From the NCBI GenBank assembly GCA_003971905.1, contig RSEE01000049.1, forward strand, positions 486,425 through 506,424: a DNA stretch of 20,000 bases. Direction: 5' to 3'. The position numbers were made by a program, and so were the translations under genes. A model generated the notes under the pieces. The model was not told the origin of the DNA, searched no databases, and was given only the letters and a program-made list of their open reading frames with translations. Shown in pieces: positions 1 to 8,121 of this stretch (position 1 is the stretch's first letter; each line of letters starts with the position of its first letter). Source of the stretch: Moniliella sp. 'wahieum'. Taxonomy: Eukaryota.

Positions 1-379
1 TTTTCGGAGTCTCGGTCTCAGTAACTCAGTACTCAGGTGCCTGAAGATCGGTCACGCGTCTGCATGATGTGGAGACTGGGGCCCCAAGCAACACAGATTC
101 TCGATTATCGATCACCAGCACCATGGTGCATGGGTGCCAGAGAGCTGCGCCTCAGGATCCAGGCTGAGTATATTGAGTACCAGTCCTGCATCCGAAGCCA
201 GAGAAACGAAAGAAACCCCCAGCGCGCTCAGCCCGCTTATAGCCCAAGTATCCAACGAACTCATCAATCTTCCTCCCAAATATGTAAGAGACGGAACGCA
301 TATCCCGTTGGCCTACTATGCTCAGCCCCTCAACTCATTCTCTACACGCCAGGACGTATTTCACCTCTTCGCGTGCTAG
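1..379 (+). CDS. Possible 3' end of an unidentified protein-coding gene (partial, likely frameshifted)
   Basis: An ORF ending ...LPPKYVRDGTHIPLAYYAQPLNSFSTRQDVFHLFAC* has its TAG at 377-379, about 80 bp from the inferred TRM6 stop. This convergent spacing suits the compact layout. No family was recognised. Confidence 0.3.
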
Positions 380-457
380 GTATTTGCCCTGGGAAGGGGA
401 CCCGGCGCTAGCTGAAGACCCTGCTGGAAAGTAGTACATTACGGATCGGCGGTATGA

Positions 458-1840
458 TCAAGGTAGCACACGAAGCGCATGAAGAGGTAACCCCCGTGGC
501 CGAGGTACTCATCTCGGGGTGTGTTCGGCCTGGGAGGACCTGGTAGCGACGCAGCCACGGCTCATTGACTGTGACCGCAATGTAGTCGTGACAGACACGC
601 ATGCGCGCATGGGTTTCGACCAACGGCTGCAGGAACGGAGCATGGACCACAATGTTGGCCGAGCCGGCAAGGTAGGGCGTGAGCCGTTGGATGATCGGAA
701 AGGGGTCGTACTCGGCCGAGGCAATGACCAGACCATCAAAGTTACCCGCAAACAAGTCTTGCCTCGTGGCTTCCAGGTGGGCAAACATGGTACGCCGACG
801 CTTGAACTTACGAATGTCCCGCGAGTTGACTCGGTCCCCATGTGACGTAAGTGGGGCACGCGAATCGGTAGGGAGACGCCCTCTGGCTCAAGTGGAAGAT
901 CAGGCAAGGTCCAACTAGGATCGACTTGGGCCCAATTCAGAACCCTGAGTACTCCATCCGTCGCCTCGGTGGGTAGGTTCATGTCCTTCATGATTGGATG
1001 GGCTGGCGGCGAGTCGGCGTCATGGATCAGCAGCAAACACCATCCACGCCCATCCGCTCCAAACATGCCGCCCGTCAGCAGTCCATTCGTCCCGTCTACA
1101 ACAATATACCGCCCTCCTGATTGGATCTCGCCCAAAGTCAATGTTTGGGCCAACGAGTCAGCACGCAAGTTGCTCGCCGGTCGATCCGACGCAGGCGGAC
1201 GCTTGTCAAATGTGGCCGATGCGAGCTGGTGGGCCGTAGGAGCACGCGGGACAAAAACTGTCGAGTGTTTCTCCGCCTTTTTGCGACGAAACTTTTCCTG
1301 GCTGTAGACGGTGCGTTTGGCGTACGAGGCACTGCGCTGAGCCACCAACTCGACCAATTTCGCGCCAGCCATTCCGGCTGCCTTCAAGTCCGCAATTTCC
1401 AGGCTCGTCAAAGCTTGTGAGTCATTGTCGTCGTAAATATGCTCGTTGGTAGCGTTCGTCTCGATCAACTGTTCAACGGGCGTGTCCATCAGAACGCTGA
1501 GCTTACCAAAGCCGGCCTTTGCGCGCTGATGTTGCTTGGCCTTGTTGGTCTTTTTGCCCCGCGTCTCCTCCTCCGCAGTAGAGTCGGCACCCTCACCCTG
1601 CCCAGAAGCGGTAGGAATGATCTCGTACTTGAGGCCATACGGAAGACCAATGAGCTCATCGGCAGAAAAGCTGCCAAACTTGCCGAGTTCAATCGTCTTG
1701 CCTTGCTCGAGGACAACCGTTTTGGTGTTTCCAGAAGGAAGTTCGAGAATGACAGGCTTTTGGGCAGGAATGAAGGTAAGCCTTTGGCGTATTTCCTCGC
1801 GCGGACGTTTCTGGCCGACACGGATATCGTCGTTGCTCAT
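458..1840 (-). CDS. TRM6: tRNA (adenine-58-N1)-methyltransferase non-catalytic subunit (Gcd10/Trm6)
   Basis: Starts MSNDDIRVGQKR at ATG 1840. Gcd10 motifs: ELGKFGSF..ELIGLPYG, TNEHIYDDNDSQALT..EI..LK, KRTVYSQEKF..KK..KH, LRADSLAQ.L, L.PYLAGSANIVVHAPFLQPL, EPWLRRYQVLPGRTHPEM. The C-terminus GGYLLHALRVLP* is restored by correcting indels at about 480-495. Further indels lie at about 870 and 1040-1062. No introns were seen. Confidence 0.93.
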
Positions 1841-2072
1841 GGCGGTGGCGGGGTGGTGGTTAGGGTGGTGCGGAAGAACGGCAGAGGGCGCGACAGGGGA
1901 GAGACTCGCAGCAGCAGCTTTTCCAACCCCCAAGGCTACCAGAAAAATAAGAGCGGAATTGGGGTCGGGCTGGGAGCCGTCGGAAAAAGGACGCTGACTT
2001 AGGTCAGCACGGGATGAACATTCCCGTGCGACTTCTGCTGCTTGACCGCCAGCCCCACTCGTCCTACTAGCC

Positions 2073-3019
2073 ATGGCGGCCGCGTCCTCGTTGCTTGGCG
2101 GGCTTGCCCGTGCAGTGTGCCTACGGCCACCAGTGTCTGCTCCATTTGGTGCGCGCGCCTTCAGTGCGTCGGCCCCTGTGGCCATCCTTCCCCGTGTCCT
2201 CAAGGCCAAGGCCATCAAGCGCACCAACTTGGAGCGCCGCAAGGCGACTGAGCAATTGCTCAAGCAGAGTGTCAAGCGCGACGCTTGCCGTGGCCACACC
2301 CTCACCCCCGAAGGGTTTGCTCTTTGGAAAATTCGGATCTCAAGTCCCTCATTCTCATCCCTGAAGAGATTTGGAAAGGAAATGTGCCTGCCTTGCCCAA
2401 GTTGTTGGAGGGCGACCCCGAGTCGGAGACCTGGACCAGTGTGATGGGCCGGCCGCAGATGCTCAACTATGGTCTGACCAAGTCCGATTCGGAGTTCATA
2501 TTTAAGCAGGTCCCCCAGCTTATGGCCGAGGACCGTCTGCAGGACTTCCCCGAGGCGGTGAATGACTTGGCTGACCAAGAGAGTCAAGCTAAGAGCGCTA
2601 TGTTTACCGAGCTGCTCCAGACCGAGCAAGCAGGGGCAGAGACACTCTCGCGGATCTTGGATTTGCGCAACGCTTCGGGCCAGCAGATTGAACGGGAAAA
2701 CTTGCGGCGAATTGTCAAGGTGTTTGGAGATGGTTGGAACGTGGGCTCGCCTGAGTGCCAAGCCGCCGTGCTGACCTATCACATGCGCCGCCTCATGGAC
2801 CACCTGAAGCAAAAACGCAAGGACACTATTGCCCGTGTCCGTTTGGGTCACTTGATCCACAAGCGTGCCAAAATCCTCAAGTATCTCCGCCGCAAGAACT
2901 TGGCCGGGTACTATGCCCTTCTTCCCCGGTTGGGACTGGAGCCTCTGGGTGTCGAGGGCTCTCTCCCCATGCCTCCCATGGAAAAGATTGCCCCCAAGTA
3001 CAAGATGACCAGGCGCTAA
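2073..3019 (+). CDS. MRPS28: Mitochondrial small-subunit ribosomal protein uS15m (Mrps28-like)
   Basis: Arg/Ala/Ser-rich presequence MAAASSLLGGLARAVCLR..RAFSAS. C-terminal S15 domain GSPECQAAVLT..M..L..HL....KD....V.L..LIHKRAKILKYLRRKN...Y..LL.RLGL. One frameshift at about 2325 joins ORFs 2073 and 2285. Confidence 0.9.
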
Positions 3020-3245
3020 AATCACATTCTACATCGCATCATCGATTAATGTCATCGACCTTAACGCCATGCATTAGCTTCATATTTTGTCGTTGAAGCC
3101 AGCTTTACGTTAGGAACGGCAGATGCATATGGTGAGGCTACGGCAACAGATGCAAAAACACAGCCAAATGATGTCCAAACTTAATGCCAAGATGACTTAC
3201 GACACAGTTTATGACGCTACAAATAGCTAATAAGCTTGGATTGAC

Positions 3246-3979
3246 TTAAAGGTCAGCCTTCGCTCCCTCTGTCTTGGGAGTGTCGTCCACAAGCTGGCCC
3301 GACTTGACGATGGTGACGTCCTCCTTGGGGCGGTCCGCGGGGCCCGTGGGAACCTTCTCGATGTACGACACAACGTCCATGCCATCAATCACGCGGCCAA
3401 ACACGACGTGGCGGCCGTTCAACCAAGGGGTAGGGACAGTGCAAAGGAAGAACTAGAACAACAAATTAGCATCAGGTGTGGCCGAAGTGCATCACGGAAA
3501 CGTACCTGGGAGCCATTCGTGTCACGACCAGCGTTGGCCATCGAAAGAACACCAGGCTTGTCGTGACGGAACTTGAAGTTCTCATCGGGGAAACGAGCAC
3601 CATAGATGGACTTGCCACCACGGCCATCGCCCGAGGTGAAGTCACCACCCTGGATCATAAAGCTGGGGATGACACGGTGGAACTTGGAGCCCTCGTAGCC
3701 AAACCCGTGCTTTCCGGTGCTGAGTTCGAGGAAGTTGGTCGCCGTCTGTGCACGCAGTGTTAGTAGCTTGGCCTTGGGGAACTGTCGATCCGAACAGATC
3801 ACCATACCTTGGGCACATCCTTGCCGTAAAGGCCGACGACGATGCGGCCGATGCTTGCCGCCGTGCTCCATGTCAAAAAAGACCTTGTCGGTAACTTCGG
3901 GCTCCGGATCCGCGTGGACTCCGCCAAAGAGGCCAAGAGCGAGTGCCAAAAAGAGGGTGACAAGCACGAACAGACGCAT
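3246..3979 (-). CDS. CPR5: ER-targeted cyclophilin-type peptidyl-prolyl isomerase (cyclophilin B / Cpr5-like), 3 exons
   Basis: Signal peptide [23 protein letters not shown]. Motifs [88 protein letters not shown]. Ends ..EGAKADL* (TAA 3246-3248). There is an indel at about 3853. Confidence 0.95.
3453..3505 (-). other. Spliceosomal intron 2 of cyclophilin B (53 nt)
   Basis: GTACGT donor, CTAAT branch point and TAG acceptor. Removal restores NGSQ|FFLCT. Confidence 0.92.
3746..3807 (-). other. Spliceosomal intron 1 of cyclophilin B (62 nt)
   Basis: GTATGG donor, CTAAC branch point and CAG acceptor. Removal joins DVPK to TATNF. Confidence 0.9.
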
Positions 3980-4037
3980 GACGAGGGGGGAGGGGAAGCG
4001 GGTGTGGTGGTGGGGGGGAGGGATGCGGGATGGTCTT

Positions 4038-4052
4038 CCACGTGCCACGTGG
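4038..4052. promoter_or_regulatory. Tandem CACGTG / TGCCACGTGG, a candidate unfolded-protein-response (Hac1/Cib1-type bZIP) element
   Basis: CCACGTGCCACGTGG lies about 60-75 bp upstream of the ATG of an ER foldase gene. Confidence 0.5.
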
Positions 4053-4369
4053 GCGTTGCTTCGCTGCAGCGGGCTCGCACGGCCCCTCGCTGCGAGATTC
4101 CGCCTGCCGCCAAAGTTGAACATTCAAATGTCCTAATTCAATCACAGCGCCACAATGTTTGCGCCGAGACTGGCGCTGTGGCCGGGTGGCGCGGCTGCCT
4201 GCGTGGCACAGCAGCCATACCCAGTTTAAACTCCGTACTCGTGGGTGGGTTCTGCCGGGGTTGCGGTCCTCCGTGCAACCACACCCCGGCCAAGTCGGAG
4301 GCTCAACACCACCCCGACGCTCGCTCGCCTCCTGCGTTCCCTTGATTCCTCTCGCTCGTCTTCCCAACC

Positions 4370-5347
4370 ATGAGTTTTTTCAAGTCGATGGGACGGTCTG
4401 TCCGCCCAAAGGGCGCTTCTCCCCGGCCCGACCGCGACGGCTTCTCTCCTGCCCCAGCCACTGACGGTGCCATGACGAGCGTGGCGGGCCAACCGGCCGG
4501 CAAGCCACTGTACTTGTGCAACCCGTTTGTTCGATCCTCCCTCATTAAAGGATCGTACAAAACCATCGTTGTGCTTCCCAAGTATGTCGATCAGCGCGAA
4601 TGGGTCGCAGTCAACCGTACGTTGTCTTGCTCCCTTTCCTAGTGACCCATCTAATCCCCCTCCGCCCCTCCATTGTCCCCCTTCTGCAGTGTTCGACTTT
4701 TTCAACAACCTCAATCAGTTCTATGGCGTCATTACCGAATTCTGCACTGTCCGTAACAACCCCACCATGAGCGCTGGCGTCGGTCTGGACTACACTTGGG
4801 TCGACCAGAACCGCAAACAGGTAAAACTCCCGGCGCCGCAATACATTGACTACGTCATGACCTGGGTCGGTGGTTTGCTTGGCGACGAGGCCACCTTCCC
4901 TACCAAGGCGGGTAAGCACCCCCCCCCCCCCCCCCTATCCCCGTTTGATTCCGCAGAGCAAGGACCCTTACTCTACTTTTTGATTCGCTTTCCAGCTCGG
5001 GACTTCCCCCCACGTTTATGATCACGGCAAAGCATGTTTATAAGCAGCTTCTTCGCGTATTTGCTCACATTTACCACGCTCAATTCTCTTGGCTTTTGCA
5101 TTTGTGCTGCGAGGGACACTTCAACAGTCTCTTCGCTCACTTCATCGCCTTTGGCAGCGAATTTGACCTTTTTGACTTTGAAGAGTTCCGCACCTCGGGT
5201 CGATCGACGGGGAACGCGTCGCAGGCCAACACCGTGTCCGGGAATGGATACCCAGGTGTATGCGATCTAATTGTCAAGTGGACCGAGATGGAGATCCTCC
5301 CCGAAAAAGTCTTAACCAAGTCGATCCCGCAGATTGCCGGGGCATGA
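4370..5347 (+). CDS. MOB2: Mob1/phocein-family NDR (Cbk1) kinase activator Mob2, 3 exons
   Basis: Motifs KPLYLCNPFVRSSLIKGSYKTIVVLPKYVDQREWVAVN|LFDFFNNLNQFYG, PTMSAG..LDYTW, LPAPQYIDYVMTW..DEATFPTK, YKQLLRVFAHIYH..HFNSLFAHF..F..EFDL. There is an indel in the C-run at about 5010 (FPPTFMIT). Confidence 0.93.
4617..4689 (+). other. MOB2 intron 1 (73 nt)
   Basis: GTACGT donor, CTAAT branch point, pyrimidine tract and CAG acceptor. Splicing restores the frame. Confidence 0.9.
4912..4995 (+). other. MOB2 intron 2 (84 nt), containing a 17-nt poly-C run at 4919-4935
   Basis: GTAAGC donor and TTTCCAG acceptor. It interrupts FPTKA|.RDFP. Confidence 0.85.
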
Positions 5348-5795
5348 ACGTTGAGCGCTGAATCACAGCAGCATCCCTGTATTCAGCTCCCTTGCCCTCT
5401 TCAGGCCTCCGTCTGCTGCTGCTCTTGTATCAAATACCACCAACTTGACCATGCTTATCGTGATCTATTTTCGCTCACTGGTTGTAGTGTTAGTAACCCA
5501 TCGATGGATCGACACCCCAGCCACCCGAGGGGGCAACGGTGCTGTAGGGTGCAGTTGGCTGGTTGTCTATGCTGAGAGCTAGCTCCTTTTTTCTCACCCT
5601 ATTCTTACCCTGTCTCTGCCCTTTGAGCAGCGTGAGGCACGGGATGCACTTCGCGAGAATCATGTAGATAAAGCATGTGGTGCAGGATGCATGATGGTCC
5701 AGTACCCAGGGGCTCGCAGTTTTCCCTGTCCCAGCCTTAATCTCTGTCAATGACATGGATGGAGAGGGGCAATGGGAAGAAGAATAGGGAAGGGT

Positions 5796-5803
5796 TGACG
5801 TCA
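5796..5803. promoter_or_regulatory. Perfect CRE (ATF/CREB) palindrome TGACGTCA
   Basis: An exact 8-mer about 220 bp upstream of the thioredoxin-like gene. Confidence 0.35.
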
Positions 5804-6019
5804 TTGAAGTTTCACACTGCGGCTGGTGCGCCACTCTTACAGGATTTGGTTATGCGGGACGTTTGGTTCCGAGAACTGATGACGGCTCGCTCTCGCTCCG
5901 CTCCTCAGCTTCCTCAGCGCGTCAGCTCGATCCGCCACCACCGCTACAGACCAAGGCAACATTTGTCTGTTGGCTGCTTTTCTTGGTTGTCTACTATCAC
6001 CTGCGTGATCTTTGAAGCC

Positions 6020-6779
6020 ATGCTCTCCCGCCTCGTTCTTCCTCGCGCCGCCTCGCGCCCTCAGATATCTGCGTTGGCATCTTTCTCTCTTGCGCCGTGC
6101 GCACTCGGCATCTTCTCGCCTATTACACACCTCGTCTTTGGCGCCTGCTGCGGTGCGTGCCACTCCCCGTCAAGGCAGAGGTTGGCTCGCCTTCGGCGGC
6201 CTCCGACCCGGTGCCCCCGCAAAATGACCATCCGCACCCCCGCATTTGGCTTGACACCGATTTGAAAACCACTATGACTCTCTTGCTCTCCCAAGCCTCC
6301 CAAAATAGAGACTCGATCCCGGCTGAGGTTCAAAAGGGCTGGGACACGAAGCGCATCGAAACCAAGAACTCATTGATTACATTCTACAGTGGTCAGTCAG
6401 AAGCGTACAAGAGCGACCTCCTTCCAGTTCTAGAGACCCTGGCGCGGGATGATGCGCTGGACACGTCGCTGATTACCATTGATGTGGACAAGACCCCCAA
6501 GATGGGCGAGGCATTTTCGGTGGTTTCGCTCCCTACTGTATTTGGAATGTACAATGGCATGGTCGTTCGGAAAAGTACGTACGATGCCGATGCGATGTCT
6601 TCCCAGTACTAACTTTCTGATGATATTTAGTCCCAGACGTCCCTGCCAAGGCAGAGGCCCTTCTGCGCCAGTTCATTCACGACCTGGGCCCACTGGCGGA
6701 GCTTGACCAAAAGAAGGCTGAAGCCGAAGATGCCAGCGGCGCTGATAATGCTGATAACTCCAAGACCAACAAGGAGTGA
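6020..6779 (+). CDS. Putative mitochondrial thioredoxin-fold protein lacking the CXXC active site, 2 exons
   Basis: Presequence MLSRLVLPRAASRPQ...SRLLHTSSLAP needs two frameshifts between about 6080 and 6170. Trx-like pattern LITFYSGQSEAYK..LLPVLETLA...LITIDVDKTPKMGEAFSVVSLPTVFGMYNG.VV. Intron at 6575-6630. Exon 2 reads IPDVPAKAEALLRQFIHDL...TNKE* (TGA 6777-6779). Confidence 0.7.
6575..6630 (+). other. Intron of the thioredoxin-like gene (56 nt)
   Basis: GTACGT donor, TACTAAC branch point and TAG acceptor. Confidence 0.88.
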
Positions 6780-7107
6780 AGATTGATGTATATGTGTTGG
6801 TTTTCTTGACAACAACCCACGTATTATATTTGCCTGCTGTCGCGGGTGCTATCGTCTTATCTCGTGTATGGATGGGAGGACGAAAGCACTATTTAGCGTT
6901 GCTCCATCTGAAGATTGGACGAACTTTAAAGAAGGGTTTGCTGTGGCGAGAGGCGAAAGCCGCCAATCAACGATATATACACTGCAGCGAGGTGGATCAA
7001 TTCATCACATATTCACAACTAGCGGGTGCTCCGTCTGATGAAGCAGGAATATTTCATTTCTTCCTTCGCTACGCTCTTCTTCACCACCACCATCCTCTTG
7101 CTGCAAC

Positions 7108-7874
7108 ATGACGACACTAGCACCACTTGCGCGGGCCGAACCTCCCGGCAGTCCTGATGAAATTCGAGCGTACGAGGACCAAGGCCGTGTATCGAAGTGG
7201 GTGCATCATTCTCTCCAAACCGTGCGCGATGGGTTGCTGCAGGTTGGGCTGGATGGGTCCCAGCCATTGGCGGCGCGCATTTTGGGCTCGTGCTGTGTGT
7301 GATCTGAGGATGAGAAGTGTTCTATTGTGCTGGATTTGTATTGACCGGTGCATGGGAAGTTTTGGTGGCCATTCCCGTCTCCATGACCAACACTTACCGC
7401 CCCTACATGTCGTTTGAGGGGGAAATGTGGAAACCACCCACGACCGACAAACAAGGCCGGCCTTTATCCCCCACTCAACAAAAAGCGGCTCGGTTGCTGG
7501 TCTCCATGAAGCGGGCCCAACACGATGCCAAAATCAGACGACAGCGCTTACCTGCCTTTTGGCAGCTGTTGGGTATGGCCGGCATCTGCTTTTCGTCCGG
7601 CTATATCTCTGATCCCAAGCAGGGCGGCGACGCCATCAATGGCGCAGGCATCCTCACATCTTGGTCGGCCATTTACCTCCTTTGCTTTGGTCGTCGAGTC
7701 ACCCGCCCCGCCACATTTGCCCTAACCTCAGCAACGACCGTGTTTGGCTTGCTTACCTATGGCTCGTACTACTATGGCACTGCTAGTTGGCGCGATGCCC
7801 TGCCGGGCCTATCTCGTCGGATCGAAGGCAAGCCATTGCCTCCGGGTGGCACAGGGGCGCTTCGACTAGAATAG
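7108..7874 (+). CDS. AIM19: Aim19-like (altered inheritance of mitochondria) small membrane protein; 5' exon structure uncertain
   Basis: F.SGYI...GDAINGAGILTSWSAIYL and a C-terminal hydrophobic helix ending YG.YYY match my recollection of the Aim19 family. The ATG is probably at 7108, with an intron between about 7222 and 7317 whose boundaries are unresolved. Confidence 0.65.
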
Positions 7875-8121
7875 AAGCAATGCGAATTCAACTATGTACT
7901 TGCATCGCTACTTGGACATGATGAACCGGACATAGGAGTATAGTCATTCGGGACAAAATCAAAAAGGGCACGAAAGACTTCCGAATACGGGCCAAAGGAG
8001 GTTCACGGTCGAAGAAGAAAAAATAAACGGGTATCAACGAATGGGAAAACCGAACGAAAATGGACTGGGCTCAATCACGAATCAAATGAGGCGATATGGA
8101 CATATCTTCCCGAGGAGACGC

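Noticed and set aside
1858..1867. GGTTAGGGT telomere-like word in the TRM6 leader (also CCCTAACC near 7720)
   Set aside because: These are isolated short matches inside a GGT-rich leader or a CDS, with no array.
509..3025. 838-aa minus-strand ORF suggesting an N-terminally extended TRM6 overlapping MRPS28
   Set aside because: It begins at a GTG, and the first roughly 395 aa are the antisense of MRPS28 plus the promoter. Trm6 homology begins at ATG 1840, which has a good GCCACCGCC-ATG context. Open antisense frames are common at this GC content.
5345..6782. Cryptic peroxisomal isoforms through TGA-CTA stop readthrough, as known in Ustilago
   Set aside because: The TGA contexts seen (MOB2 TGA-ACG, Trx-like TGA-AGA, TRM6 TGA-TCA) do not match the motif.
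2073..7874. Apparent mitochondrial gene cluster (MRPS28, Trx-like, AIM19)
   Set aside because: The genes are interspersed with unrelated ones, share no pathway, and mitochondrial proteins are common.
7918..7924. ATGATGA possible C/D snoRNA box C (another lies on the minus strand near 12540-12546)
   Set aside because: There is no suitably placed terminal CTGA box D, terminal stem or recognisable rRNA guide.
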